From: Escherichia coli
GTDB taxonomy: Bacteria > Pseudomonadota > Gammaproteobacteria > Enterobacterales > Enterobacteriaceae
DNA: 64,000 nt
Reading direction: 5' to 3' (one strand)
NCBI RefSeq assembly: GCF_050920415.1
Contig: NZ_CP169309.1
Position numbers and translations under genes: made by a program. The notes under the pieces are model-generated. The model did not search any database. It was not told where the DNA came from and worked only from the letters and a program-made list of their open reading frames with translations. Positions 46,593-59,729 of the stretch are shown in pieces; the first letter of the stretch is position 1, and every line of letters begins with the position of its first letter.

Positions 46593-49500
46593 TTTACGCT
46601 CTCCTGTACCTGGTCATTGCCTTCGCCATCTAACCAGTCAATGTTCTTCATCTTACGCACTACAACAAATTCATCGCGGTTAGAACCTACAGTGCCGTAG
46701 TAGTTAAAGCCGTATGCCAGATGGGCATAGCCGCCGATCATATGCGTCGGTTTCGGCGTGATACGGGTGACCGAGTTATGAATACCACCGCGCTGGCTGG
46801 TGATTTCTGAACCCGGCAGGTTAACGATACGTTCCTGCGCGTGGTACATCATGGTCATCCCTGCCGGAACACGCTGGCTGACAACCGCACGGGCAGTCAA
46901 TGCACCGTTGCTGTTGAAGACTTCAATCCAGTCGTTGTCGGCGATACCCAGCTCTTTGGCATCGGCTTCACTCAACCAGACCACCGGACCACCGCGACCT
47001 AAAGTCAGCATCAGCAGGTTGTCGCTGTAGGTGGAGTGGATACCCCACTTCTGGTGCGGTGTCAGGAAGTTGAGCGCTTTTTCCGGATTACCGTTAGATT
47101 TCTGGCCCATCACTTCTTTCACTGAACGGGTGTCGATCGGCGGACGATAAACCAGCAGGCTTTCACCGAAATCACGCATCCACTGATGATCCTGATACAG
47201 CTGCTGACGGCCAGAGAGCGTACGCCACGGGATCAGCTCGTGAACGTTGGTGTAACCGGCGTTGTAAGAAACATGTTCATCTTCAAGGCCAGACCAGGTC
47301 GGGCTGGAGATGATTTTGCGCGGCTGTGCCTGGATATCGCGGAAGCGGATCTTCTCGTCTTCTTTATTCAGCGCCAGATGCGTATGGTCACGACCGGTAA
47401 ACTCGCTCAGGGCAGCCCAGGCTTTCACGGCTACCTGACCATTGGTTTCCGGTGCCAGCGTCAGGATCATCTCTGCCGCATCAATTGCGGTGTTCAGCAT
47501 CGGCTGGCCTTTTGCCGGACCTTCCGCTTTGGTGTAGTTGAGCTTACGCAGCAGATCCATCTCGCTCTGGGTGTTCCAGGCAATCCCTTTACCGCCGTTA
47601 CCGATTTTCTCCATCAGCGGACCGATAGAGGTAAAGCGTTCGTAAGTTGCCGGATAATCGCGCTCTACGACCATAATGTGCGGTGCAGTTTTACCTGGGA
47701 TCAGGTCGCATTCGCCTTTTTTCCAGTCTTTCACATCCAGCGGCTGCGCCAGTTCAGCGGCAGAGTCGTGCTGGATCGGCAGCGTAACGATGTCGGTTTC
47801 TTTGCCCAGATGACCAACGCACACTTCGGAGAATTTCTTCGCGATGGCTTTGTAGATTTCCCAGTCGCTTTTCGCTTCCCAGGCCGGATCGACCGCCGCA
47901 GACAGCGGGTGAATAAACGGATGCATATCCGAAGTATTCATGTCGTCTTTTTCGTACCAGGTCGCCGTCGGCAAAATGATGTCGGAATAGAGACAGGTGC
48001 TCGACAGACGGAAGTCCAGCGTCACCACCAGATCCAGCTTGCCTTCCAGACCGTTGTCCTGCCAGTCCACTTCTTCCGGCTTCACGCCGCCCTGCTGACC
48101 CAGGTCTTTACCCTGGATACCGTGCTCCGTCCCCAGCAGGTACTTGAGCATAAACTCATGACCTTTACCGGAAGAACCGAGCAGGTTAGAACGCCAGATG
48201 AACAGGTTACGCGGGTGGTTTTTACCGTTTTCTGGTTGTTCTGCCGCAAAACGGATAGAACCCTCTTTCAGGGATTTCACGGTGTAATCCACCGGATTCA
48301 TGCCCGCTTTTTCCGCTTCGCGAGCGATAGTTAGCGGGTTAGTGCCTAACTGCGGCGCAGACGGCAGCCAGCCCATGCGTTCTGCACGGACGTTGAAGTC
48401 GATCAGATGTCCGGTATAGCGGGATTTATCCGCCATCGGCGACAGCAACTCTTCTGCGGTCACAGTTTCATAACGCCACTGGCTGGAGTGGTTATAGAAA
48501 TAAGAGGTGCTGTTCATGTGACGCGCCGGACGCTGCCAGTCAAGAGCAAACGCCAGCGGCTGCCAGCCGGTTTGCGGACGCAGTTTTTCCTGACCTACAT
48601 AGTGCGCCCAGCCGCCACCGCTCTGACCTACACAGCCGCAGAAAATCAGCATGTTGATCAGACCACGATAGTTCATATCGAGGTGATACCAGTGGTTCAG
48701 CCCCGCACCGACGATAATCATCGAACGACCGTGCGTCTTGTCAGCGTTGTCAGCAAATTCACGGGCAATGCGGATAATCTGGCTGCGAGAAACGCCAGTG
48801 ATCTGCTCGGCCCATGCCGGGGTGTAAGCTTTCACGTCGTCATAGCTGGTTGCGCAGTTAACGTCGTTCAGGCCACGTTCCAGACCGTAGTTTGCCAGCG
48901 TCAGATCATAAACGGTGGTCACCAGAGCAGTGCTGCCATCAGCCAGTTGCAGACGTTTTACCGGCAGCTTGTGCAGCAGCACATTTTCCAGCTCCACTTT
49001 ATTGAAGTGTTCCGTGCCGTCGCCACCAAAGTACGGGAAGCCCACTTCAGCGATCTCATCCTGGCTACCCAGCAGGCTCAGTTGTAGCTCAGTTTCTTCG
49101 CCGGTTTTGCCGTCGCGCTGCTCAAGATTCCATTTGCCCTTCTCGCCCCAGCGGAAGCCAATAGAACCGTTCGGTGCAACCATTTCGCCATTGGTATTGA
49201 AGGCGACTGTTTTCCATTCCGGATTGTTTTCCTGGCCCAGCGCATCCACCAGATCGGCAGCGCGCAGCATACGACCCGCAGCGTAGTAACCGTCGCGCTC
49301 TTCCAGCATCACCAGCATTGGCATGTCGGTATAACGACGCACATAGTCGGTGAAATACTGGCTTGGGTTGTCGAGGTGGAATTCACGCAGCATCACGTGG
49401 CCCATCGCCAGCGCCATTGCTGCGTCGGTGCCCTGTTTCGGTGCCAGCCACAGATCGCACAGTTTGGCGATTTCAGCGTAGTCCGGCGTGACGGCAACGG

Positions 49501-50332
49501 TTTTGGTGCCTTTGTAGCGCACTTCAGTAAAGAAGTGAGCATCCGGAGTACGCGTCTGCGGCACGTTTGACCCCCAGGCGATGATGTAGCTGGAGTTGTA
49601 CCAGTCAGCAGATTCCGGTACGTCAGTTTGCTCGCCCCAGGTTTGTGGAGACGCAGGAGGCAGGTCGCAGTACCAGTCGTAGAAGCTTAAGCAAGTACCG
49701 CCAATCAGCGAAAGATAGCGAGCACCCGATGCGTAAGAAACCATCGACATTGCCGGAATTGGCGAGAAGCCAGCGACGCGGTCCGGGCCGTAGTTTTTGA
49801 TGGTGTAAACGTTAGAGGCAGCGATCAGTTCGTTCACTTCCTGCCAGGAAGAACGAACAAAACCACCACGTCCACGCGCTTGTTTAAAGCTTTTCGCTTT
49901 ATCGGCGTCTTCAATGATAGAAGCCCATGCCTCAACCGGATCGCTATGCTGCGCCTTCGCTTCACGCCACATTTTCATCAGGCGTTTGCGCATCATCGGA
50001 TATTTCAGACGGTTGGCGCTATAGAGATACCAGGAGTAGCTGGCACCGCGCGGGCAGCCGCGAGGTTCATGGTTTGGCAGATCCGGACGGGTACGCGGAT
50101 AGTCAGTTTGCTGGGTTTCCCAAGTCACCAGACCGTTTTTAACGTAGATTTTCCAGCTGCAGGAGCCGGTGCAGTTTACCCCATGGGTAGAGCGGACGAT
50201 TTTGTCATGCTGCCAACGCTGGCGATATCCATCCTCCCAGTCACGGTTGGTATTGAGAAGCTGGCCATGCCCATCGGCAAAGGTTTCGCCCTTCTGTTTG
50301 AAGTAGCGAAACCGGTCCAGGAATTTACTCAT
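46589..50332 (-). CDS. narG: Respiratory nitrate reductase alpha subunit
   Basis: 1247-aa molybdoenzyme. Confidence 0.97.
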   Translation of the reverse strand: MSKFLDRFRYFKQKGETFADGHGQLLNTNRDWEDGYRQRWQHDKIVRSTHGVNCTGSCSWKIYVKNGLVTWETQQTDYPRTRPDLPNHEPRGCPRGASYSWYLYSANRLKYPMMRKRLMKMWREAKAQHSDPVEAWASIIEDADKAKSFKQARGRGGFVRSSWQEVNELIAASNVYTIKNYGPDRVAGFSPIPAMSMVSYASGARYLSLIGGTCLSFYDWYCDLPPASPQTWGEQTDVPESADWYNSSYIIAWGSNVPQTRTPDAHFFTEVRYKGTKTVAVTPDYAEIAKLCDLWLAPKQGTDAAMALAMGHVMLREFHLDNPSQYFTDYVRRYTDMPMLVMLEERDGYYAAGRMLRAADLVDALGQENNPEWKTVAFNTNGEMVAPNGSIGFRWGEKGKWNLEQRDGKTGEETELQLSLLGSQDEIAEVGFPYFGGDGTEHFNKVELENVLLHKLPVKRLQLADGSTALVTTVYDLTLANYGLERGLNDVNCATSYDDVKAYTPAWAEQITGVSRSQIIRIAREFADNADKTHGRSMIIVGAGLNHWYHLDMNYRGLINMLIFCGCVGQSGGGWAHYVGQEKLRPQTGWQPLAFALDWQRPARHMNSTSYFYNHSSQWRYETVTAEELLSPMADKSRYTGHLIDFNVRAERMGWLPSAPQLGTNPLTIAREAEKAGMNPVDYTVKSLKEGSIRFAAEQPENGKNHPRNLFIWRSNLLGSSGKGHEFMLKYLLGTEHGIQGKDLGQQGGVKPEEVDWQDNGLEGKLDLVVTLDFRLSSTCLYSDIILPTATWYEKDDMNTSDMHPFIHPLSAAVDPAWEAKSDWEIYKAIAKKFSEVCVGHLGKETDIVTLPIQHDSAAELAQPLDVKDWKKGECDLIPGKTAPHIMVVERDYPATYERFTSIGPLMEKIGNGGKGIAWNTQSEMDLLRKLNYTKAEGPAKGQPMLNTAIDAAEMILTLAPETNGQVAVKAWAALSEFTGRDHTHLALNKEDEKIRFRDIQAQPRKIISSPTWSGLEDEHVSYNAGYTNVHELIPWRTLSGRQQLYQDHQWMRDFGESLLVYRPPIDTRSVKEVMGQKSNGNPEKALNFLTPHQKWGIHSTYSDNLLMLTLGRGGPVVWLSEADAKELGIADNDWIEVFNSNGALTARAVVSQRVPAGMTMMYHAQERIVNLPGSEITSQRGGIHNSVTRITPKPTHMIGGYAHLAYGFNYYGTVGSNRDEFVVVRKMKNIDWLDGEGNDQVQESVK

Positions 50333-50423
50333 CGGTTTTCTCCTGTGGGAGCCTGTCGGCTCTCTGATAAATCGACATTGCTAATGTTTAAGGGCAAGGT
50401 AACGCTCTGAAACAGCGTGGGAA

Positions 50424-50437
50424 TTGATAACGATCAA
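50424..50437. promoter_or_regulatory. FNR box TTGATAACGATCAA upstream of narG
   Basis: Match to TTGAT-N4-ATCAA consensus about 90 bp upstream of the narG ATG. Confidence 0.75.
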
Positions 50438-50474
50438 GAGTGATGGGGATGAAAAATAAAGTAAATTCCTAAGA

Positions 50475-50481
50475 TACCCCT
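50475..50481. promoter_or_regulatory. NarL heptamer TACCCCT in the narG upstream region
   Basis: Matches TACYYMT consensus; other heptamers probably present but not mapped. Confidence 0.5.
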
Positions 50482-50724
50482 TTAGGATAATTAACAGTTA
50501 CATCATAAAATACTGTAAATTAAGGCATTTTATACCTGTAGTTATTTAAACTATTAAGAATTTTATGCAGATGGGTATTAAGGAGTATTCCCCATGGGTA
50601 ACATATTAATGGCTCTTAATGAAATCCGGCGAAATAAGCCATATAACATTAGTATGTTGTAACTAAATGATGCATAAAAAAAGCGCGACATCATGCCGCG
50701 CAAAGGATAATCAAATATTAAGAT

Positions 50725-52116
50725 TTATTTTTTAGAATGCCGACCATATACCGCCCAGGTAATCACTACGCAGGCGATATAGAAAATCAAAAATACTTTC
50801 ATTGCGCCGACTGGCGAACCCGTTAATGCCAGCGAGCTACCGAACGCTTTCGGGATAAAGAAGCCACCAATCGCGCCAATCGCAGAGATGAAACCCAGCG
50901 CCGCCGCCGTGTCGGTTGCCGCTTCACGCATCGCACGTTCGTCAGAACCCCCTTCTGCTTTCACGCGATCCATTGTCAGTTTACGGAAGATCACGGAAAT
51001 CATCTGGAAAGTGGAACCACTACCCAGCCCAGCTGTCAGGAACAGCGCCAGGAAGACTGCGAAGAACGCCATGAAGCTTCCGCCCTGTCCGTCAGTCGGT
51101 AAGGTCAGGAACAGCAGGCCGCTGAAAATCGCCATCAGGATAAAGTTCACCAGTGTGACACGAGTTCCGCCCAGACGGTCAGATAATGCACCACCTGCAG
51201 AACGCGCCAGCGCACCAATAAACGGCCCGAAGAAAGCGTATTGCAGAATCTGAACATCCGGGAACTGCGTTTTTGACAGCATCGCAAAGCCCGCGGAGAA
51301 GCCGATGAAGGAGCCGAAGGTTGCCAGATACAGCAGGCTCATAATCCACAGATGACCCCGTTTGAGTACCGGCAACTGCTCCTTGATGGAGGCTTTCGAG
51401 GTAGCAAGATCGTTCATGCCAAACCACGCCGCAATGGTGAAGATGGCAAGGAACGGCACCCATACCCAGGACGCATTCGCCAGATACAGCTCAGTCCCAT
51501 CCGGCTGTTTGACACCCTGGCTACCAAATACTGCGAAAATCGACAGTGATACCACCAGCGGAGCAACCAACTGCATGACGCTGACGCCCATGTTGCCCAG
51601 ACCACCATTCAGACCCAGCGCGCCACCCTGCTTCTGTTTCGGAAAGAAGAAGCTGATGTTTGCCATACTGGATGCGAAGTTCGCGCCAGCAAAGCCGCAC
51701 AGCAGAGAGATGATGATGAAGACGCTATAAGGCGTGGAGGTATCCTGCACGGCAAAACCCAGCCAGACGCAAGGAATAATCAGAATACCGGTGCTGAACG
51801 CCGTCCAGCGACGACCACCGAAGATAGGAACCATAAAGGAGTATGGAACACGTAACAACGCGCCAGAAACCGAAGGCAGCGCCGTCAACATAAATAGCTG
51901 ATCGGTCGTAAAATTAAAACCGACTTTCGGTAAGTTCACCGCAACAGCACTGAATAACATCCATACGCAAAACGCCAGCAGCAGACAGGGAACGGAAATC
52001 CACAGGTTGCGGCTGGCAATACGTTGACCGCGTTGTTGCCAGAACGCAGGATCTTCCGGTCGCCAATCTGTAATGACAGCTCCAGTAGCCCTTTCGGGGG
52101 CGGATGAGTGACTCAT
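50725..52116 (-). CDS. narK: Nitrate/nitrite transporter NarK (463 aa)
   Basis: MFS transporter; start at second ATG (MSHSSAPERA) matches known length. Confidence 0.93.
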   Translation of the reverse strand: MSHSSAPERATGAVITDWRPEDPAFWQQRGQRIASRNLWISVPCLLLAFCVWMLFSAVAVNLPKVGFNFTTDQLFMLTALPSVSGALLRVPYSFMVPIFGGRRWTAFSTGILIIPCVWLGFAVQDTSTPYSVFIIISLLCGFAGANFASSMANISFFFPKQKQGGALGLNGGLGNMGVSVMQLVAPLVVSLSIFAVFGSQGVKQPDGTELYLANASWVWVPFLAIFTIAAWFGMNDLATSKASIKEQLPVLKRGHLWIMSLLYLATFGSFIGFSAGFAMLSKTQFPDVQILQYAFFGPFIGALARSAGGALSDRLGGTRVTLVNFILMAIFSGLLFLTLPTDGQGGSFMAFFAVFLALFLTAGLGSGSTFQMISVIFRKLTMDRVKAEGGSDERAMREAATDTAAALGFISAIGAIGGFFIPKAFGSSLALTGSPVGAMKVFLIFYIACVVITWAVYGRHSKK

Positions 52117-52454
52117 AGACACCTCTGATACTCGTTTCGATGTCTGCCACCTTAGTGTCTGTAGCTAAAGGCAATTTGATGTAAATCAAACGATAAGATA
52201 ACTTTATCTATCATTGATATTTATCATTACCCATAGTGAGTACAGTGATTTCATAAAAATTATGAGATTTTTCACGGTGCTGTAAAATCCCTACCCTTAC
52301 CGATGTAAAGCGACTAACCACGTGGCAAATAAGGAGTAACTCTTTCCGGGTATGGGTATACTTCAGCCAATAGCCGAGAATACTGCCATTCCAGAATGTA
52401 TCGTCACATTCATTAAGGTTATTGCTCATTTAAAGCCTGAAGGAAGAGGTTTGC

Positions 52455-54251
52455 ATGCTTAAACGTTGTCTCTCTCCGCTCACCCTGGTTAATCAGGTTG
52501 CGCTTATTGTGTTGCTTTCTACTGCTATTGGACTGGCGGGGATGGCGGTTTCTGGCTGGCTGGTACAAGGCGTTCAGGGCAGCGCCCATGCGATCAACAA
52601 AGCGGGATCGCTGCGCATGCAAAGTTACCGTCTGTTGGCGGCAGTGCCATTAAGCGAGAAAGACAAGCCCTTAATTAAAGAGATGGAACAAACGGCATTT
52701 AGCGCCGAGTTAACCCGAGCAGCAGAACGAGACGGACAACTGGCGCAACTACAGGGTTTACAAGATTACTGGCGTAATGAACTGATCCCTGCGCTGCTGC
52801 GTGCACAAAACCGCAAAACGGTGTCAGCGGATGTCAGCCAGTTTGTTGCCGGGCTTGATCAACTGGTATCTGGTTTTGACCGCACCACGGAAATGCGCAT
52901 TGAGACAGTGGTGCTGGTCCATCGGGTAATGGCGGTATTTATGGCACTTTTACTGGTGTTCACTATTATCTGGTTGCGGGCGCGACTGCTACAACCGTGG
53001 CGGCAGTTGTTGGCAATGGCGAGTGCCGTCAGCCATCGCGATTTTACCCAACGCGCGAACATCAGCGGGCGCAACGAAATGGCTATGCTTGGAACTGCGT
53101 TGAACAATATGTCTGCAGAACTGGCGGAAAGTTACGCCGTACTTGAGCAGCGGGTTCAGGAGAAAACCGCCGGGCTGGAACATAAAAATCAGATCCTCTC
53201 TTTTTTATGGCAGGCCAACCGCCGTTTGCATTCCCGCGCCCCGCTGTGTGAACGCCTGTCACCTGTACTCAACGGCTTACAGAATTTAACCCTGCTACGT
53301 GATATCGAACTGCGGGTGTATGACACTGATGATGAAGAGAATCATCAGGAGTTTACCTGCCAGCCAGATATGACCTGCGATGATAAAGGCTGTCAGCTCT
53401 GCCCGCGCGGTGTACTCCCCGTTGGCGATCGCGGCACAACCCTGAAGTGGCGGCTGGCTGACTCTCATACGCAGTACGGTATTTTGCTGGCAACCCTGCC
53501 GCAGGGGCGTCATCTTAGTCATGATCAACAACAACTGGTGGATACCCTGGTTGAACAACTCACCGCCACGCTTGCGCTGGATCGCCATCAGGAACGTCAG
53601 CAACAGTTGATCGTGATGGAAGAGCGTGCCACCATTGCGCGCGAACTGCATGATTCTATTGCCCAATCTCTCTCTTGCATGAAGATGCAGGTGAGTTGTT
53701 TACAGATGCAGGGCGATGCGCTGCCAGAAAGCAGCCGCGAACTGTTAAGTCAGATCCGTAACGAACTGAATGCATCCTGGGCGCAGTTGCGTGAATTGCT
53801 CACCACATTCCGCTTGCAGCTCACCGAGCCTGGATTACGTCCGGCACTGGAAGCGAGTTGCGAAGAATACAGCGCCAAATTTGGCTTCCCGGTGAAGCTG
53901 GATTATCAATTGCCGCCTCGTCTGGTGCCTTCGCATCAGGCAATCCATCTGTTGCAAATTGCCCGTGAGGCATTAAGTAACGCCCTCAAACATTCGCAAG
54001 CGAGTGAGGTCGTGGTGACAGTGGCGCAAAACGATAATCAGGTCAAACTGACCGTCCAGGATAACGGCTGCGGCGTGCCTGAAAATGCCATCCGCAGCAA
54101 TCACTACGGCATGATAATAATGCGCGACCGTGCGCAAAGTTTACGAGGCGATTGCCGCGTCCGCCGTCGTGAATCAGGTGGCACCGAAGTGGTGGTCACC
54201 TTTATTCCCGAAAAAACTTTCACAGACGTCCAAGGAGATACCCATGAGTAA
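52455..54251 (+). CDS. narX: Nitrate/nitrite sensor histidine kinase NarX
   Basis: 598 aa; periplasmic P-box, HAMP, H-box ELHDSIAQ. Confidence 0.95.
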
Positions 54252-54894
54252 TCAGGAACCGGCTACTATCCTGCTGATCGACGATCACCCGATGCTGCGA
54301 ACTGGCGTAAAACAGCTTATCAGTATGGCACCAGATATCACCGTGGTTGGCGAAGCGAGTAATGGCGAACAGGGTATTGAACTGGCGGAGTCTCTTGATC
54401 CCGATTTGATCTTGTTAGATCTCAATATGCCCGGCATGAACGGTCTGGAAACGCTGGATAAACTGCGCGAAAAGTCCCTCTCCGGGCGCATTGTGGTATT
54501 CAGCGTCTCTAACCATGAAGAAGATGTGGTCACCGCACTGAAACGCGGCGCGGATGGCTATCTGTTAAAAGATATGGAACCGGAAGATCTGCTGAAAGCA
54601 TTGCATCAGGCTGCTGCTGGCGAAATGGTATTAAGCGAAGCATTAACGCCTGTTCTGGCCGCCAGCTTGCGCGCTAACCGTGCCACTACTGAACGCGATG
54701 TTAACCAGTTAACCCCACGCGAGCGCGACATTCTCAAGCTGATTGCCCAGGGTTTGCCAAACAAGATGATTGCCCGCCGCCTGGATATCACCGAAAGCAC
54801 AGTAAAAGTGCACGTCAAGCACATGCTGAAGAAAATGAAGCTCAAGTCTCGCGTGGAAGCAGCAGTATGGGTGCATCAGGAGCGCATTTTCTGA
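54244..54894 (+). CDS. narL: Nitrate/nitrite response regulator NarL (216 aa)
   Basis: Receiver domain plus LuxR-type HTH; ATG overlaps narX stop by 8 nt. Confidence 0.95.
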
Positions 54895-56352
<1,458 letters not shown>

Positions 56353-56353
56353 A

Positions 56354-56441
<88 letters not shown>

Positions 56442-56474
56442 AAGTGTCTAATTCCCTGAATACAGGAGTAAATA

Positions 56475-56828
56475 ATGCAAAAAATCGTGATCGTTGCCAA
56501 TGGCGCACCTTACGGGAGCGAATCCTTGTTTAACAGCTTACGGCTGGCCATTGCGCTACGAGAGCAGGAGAGCAACCTGGATCTGCGCTTGTTCCTGATG
56601 TCTGATGCGGTCACAGCCGGGTTGCGCGGGCAAAAACCAGGGGAAGGCTACAACATTCAGCAAATGCTGGAGATCCTTACCGCTCAGAATGTACCGGTGA
56701 AATTGTGCAAAACCTGTACCGACGGGCGCGGGATTAGTACACTTCCTCTGATTGATGGGGTGGAAATCGGTACTCTTGTGGAACTGGCGCAATGGACGCT
56801 GTCAGCCGATAAAGTGCTCACATTTTAA
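56475..56828 (+). CDS. ychN: DsrE-family protein YchN
   Basis: 117 aa recognised as YchN. Confidence 0.85.
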   Translation: MQKIVIVANGAPYGSESLFNSLRLAIALREQESNLDLRLFLMSDAVTAGLRGQKPGEGYNIQQMLEILTAQNVPVKLCKTCTDGRGISTLPLIDGVEIGTLVELAQWTLSADKVLTF

Positions 56829-56871
56829 TGTTTGAGGGGGCGTCTGACGCCCCACTATGAGGGAAGTTTAC

Positions 56872-57567
56872 TCAGGCGAATCCCGGCCGTAACACACCAT
56901 CCGGATAATTCTCCGCCAGCAGTTTTTTTACCGATACCAGCAAATCATTCAGCCCATCGTCCTGCATTCCCAGTTTGATAAGCTCCTGTTCCAGTGAAAA
57001 CAGGTATTGTGCGTTGGTTCCCAGTGGACCGCTCGCCGCCGCAATCAACGGCGCGATGACCTGAGCGCGAGTGTCAGATTCATATTCCGGATGTCGCGGG
57101 TCCATAATAAACACAATGGCGTTTACTGTGCGTCCATCATCAAGATCAAGCTGACACCAGGTTGGCAGATAACAGCCGGTAATCATCTCGCGCTTCCACA
57201 ACAGGGTTAGTTCCTGCTCCAGCGTCTCTTCTGGCAGTCGATAGGCGACGCCTGTGGTGCGTCCGCCCTCTTTCAGTGCAAGCATCCGTCCCGGCTGGTG
57301 CGCAGTCCCGCGCCCGGCGGTCAGGCGCAGGCAAAACGCGCGATGCCATCCAACCAGTGTACCGGTGCACGACTCGGTAAACTCCAGTGCCGGATTCCAC
57401 ATCAACGATCCATAACCGAAGATCCACACCGGTCCCTCATCAGGTCGACAAGCCAGCGTCGCCGCCAGCGAAGCCGCCCGTTGCTCTGCTGACCATAAGA
57501 GTGATTCTTCAATGGCACCAAATGCCGTTTTACAATCGGCATTCATCAAGAAATCACGCGTTATCAC
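56872..57567 (-). CDS. chaC: Glutathione-specific gamma-glutamylcyclotransferase ChaC (231 aa, GTG start)
   Basis: ChaC motif FGYGSLMWNP; GTG at 57567 gives the known 231-aa length; track ORF extends to 57603. Confidence 0.8.
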   Translation of the reverse strand: MITRDFLMNADCKTAFGAIEESLLWSAEQRAASLAATLACRPDEGPVWIFGYGSLMWNPALEFTESCTGTLVGWHRAFCLRLTAGRGTAHQPGRMLALKEGGRTTGVAYRLPEETLEQELTLLWKREMITGCYLPTWCQLDLDDGRTVNAIVFIMDPRHPEYESDTRAQVIAPLIAAASGPLGTNAQYLFSLEQELIKLGMQDDGLNDLLVSVKKLLAENYPDGVLRPGFA

Positions 57568-57723
57568 CTTACACCTCCGCCACTGCATACTTCCCTGCGA
57601 CAACTTTTTGGTGTCTTCCGGACATTTTACTGCTCATTTTGAAACCATTAACGGGACAATATGCAATCCACGGACCACTTGCAAGGCAACACCGCACGAA
57701 TAGCTTTAACTAAGCTACCGGTT

Positions 57724-57954
57724 TTACGATTTTTTATGCCATTTATCATCATCCCCTTTGGCATATTCATGCTTCACAGCAGCCCAGGCCACTTTATGCG
57801 CGGTTTCTTCGCGACTGGCGTCATCACGCCGATCTTCTTTATCTTTATATTGATCCCATGCGCTGTTGAACGCTTCTTTATAGATATCCTGAGCATGAGA
57901 CGGTAGCACGTGCTTTACGCTTTCCGGCAGATCGCTTTTCGTTTTATACGGCAT
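57724..57954 (-). CDS. chaB: Cation transport regulator ChaB
   Basis: 76-aa recognised sequence MPYKTKSDLPESVKHVLPSHAQDIYKEAF. Confidence 0.88.
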   Translation of the reverse strand: MPYKTKSDLPESVKHVLPSHAQDIYKEAFNSAWDQYKDKEDRRDDASREETAHKVAWAAVKHEYAKGDDDKWHKKS

Positions 57955-58223
57955 CGTTGACTCCTTTTACAAAGTTGAACATTAAGTGTGGTCAACAATA
58001 TCCACTCTTGCCAAAACATAAGAATTTTCATGTCAGACTCTTCTTAAGAAACGCTAAAACAAACATTGTCTAAACGCATTGCTTATTTTTATGGCCCGAT
58101 GAGTAAAAAATCGACAGCGGGGTAAAAATTCGTAAAATGTTACCGATATCCAGACACTTTCTGTTATTTTTCCTACCTATTTTTTACATTTTCGATAAAT
58201 TCATCTGCAAAGGGATAACCATA

Positions 58224-59324
58224 ATGTCAAATGCTCAAGAGGCGGTAAAAACCCGCCACAAGGAGACTTCGCTTATTTTCCCGGTTCTGGCGCTGGTAGT
58301 GCTGTTCCTGTGGGGAAGCAGCCAGACACTACCAGTGGTCATTGCCATCAACCTTCTTGCTCTTATTGGTATTTTAAGTAGCGCCTTTAGTGTTGTCCGT
58401 CATGCGGACGTATTAGCCCATCGCCTGGGAGAACCTTACGGTTCGCTTATTCTTAGCCTTTCAGTGGTTATTCTTGAAGTCAGTTTGATTTCAGCTTTAA
58501 TGGCAACCGGCGACGCCGCGCCAACGCTAATGCGTGATACGCTCTATTCAATCATTATGATTGTTACCGGTGGGCTGGTTGGCTTTTCATTATTGTTGGG
58601 CGGACGCAAGTTTGCCACCCAATATATGAATCTGTTTGGTATCAAGCAGTATTTAATTGCGCTGTTCCCCCTGGCGATAATCGTACTGGTATTTCCAATG
58701 GCTCTGCCTGTGGCGAATTTTTCAACCGGTCAGGCGTTACTGGTAGCATTAATTTCTGCGGCAATGTATGGCGTATTTTTGCTGATCCAGACCAAAACGC
58801 ATCAAAGTTTATTTGTCTACGAGCACGAAGATGACAGTGATGATGACGACCCGCACCACGGTAAACCGTCTGCCCATAGCAGCCTGTGGCATGCTATCTG
58901 GTTGATTGTCCATCTGATTGCCGTTATTGCAGTCACCAAAATGAACGCCAGCCCGCTGGAGACATTGCTCGACAGCATGAATGCCCCTGTCGCCTTTACT
59001 GGCTTCCTGGTGGCTCTGTTGATTCTGTCGCCGGAAGGTTTAGGTGCGTTAAAAGCAGTGTTGAACAACCAGGTCCAGCGCGCGATGAATCTGTTCTTTG
59101 GTTCAGTGTTAGCAACCATTTCGCTTACCGTACCTGTCGTCACGCTAATTGCCTTTATGACGGGTAACGAATTGCAGTTTGCACTTGGTGCGCCTGAAAT
59201 GGTGGTGATGGTGGCCTCTTTAGTGCTGTGCCATATCTCCTTCTCCACCGGACGTACTAACGTGCTCAATGGCGCAGCGCATCTGGCACTGTTTGCCGCC
59301 TATTTGATGACGATATTTGCCTGA
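58224..59324 (+). CDS. chaA: Ca2+/H+ and Na+/H+ antiporter ChaA (366 aa)
   Basis: Start MSNAQEAVKT with AGGGA Shine-Dalgarno; polytopic membrane protein with acidic DDSDDDD loop. Confidence 0.9.
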   Translation: MSNAQEAVKTRHKETSLIFPVLALVVLFLWGSSQTLPVVIAINLLALIGILSSAFSVVRHADVLAHRLGEPYGSLILSLSVVILEVSLISALMATGDAAPTLMRDTLYSIIMIVTGGLVGFSLLLGGRKFATQYMNLFGIKQYLIALFPLAIIVLVFPMALPVANFSTGQALLVALISAAMYGVFLLIQTKTHQSLFVYEHEDDSDDDDPHHGKPSAHSSLWHAIWLIVHLIAVIAVTKMNASPLETLLDSMNAPVAFTGFLVALLILSPEGLGALKAVLNNQVQRAMNLFFGSVLATISLTVPVVTLIAFMTGNELQFALGAPEMVVMVASLVLCHISFSTGRTNVLNGAAHLALFAAYLMTIFA

Positions 59325-59729
59325 CAGTTATATCTCCTCCGATGACAGAAATCGGGGGAGATAATATAAATTCCTGCTTATTGTATTTCTTCATACTACC
59401 TGAACAGGTCGTTAATCAGAATTGCGAGCCTGTACCACAACCTGCACGAAACCACTGCAACAGCTGTTGAAAAGCCGGAATGTACTCTTTATTGCAAACA
59501 TTTCAGGGATGAAGTGAAGATGAATTGAGACGTAATATCCACACCAAGCCGGCGTTATCCGGTGAGGCGCAATGTTGCGGGGGCTTTATCCCTGGTGGCA
59601 TTGGTTGCTGGAAAGAGAAAACCCCCGCACGTTGAGAGGTAAAACCTGACAACAGAACGGGGGCTAATCTTGAACCATCAACAATTCAAGAATAGCCGCA
59701 AAATGTTGTCATTACAACAAGGCGGCTAT

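Noticed and set aside
45138-49087. Long antisense ORFs opposite narH and narG (462, 382 and 226 aa)
   Set aside because: Same reasoning: they are shadow frames of certain nar genes with no motifs and no translation signals.
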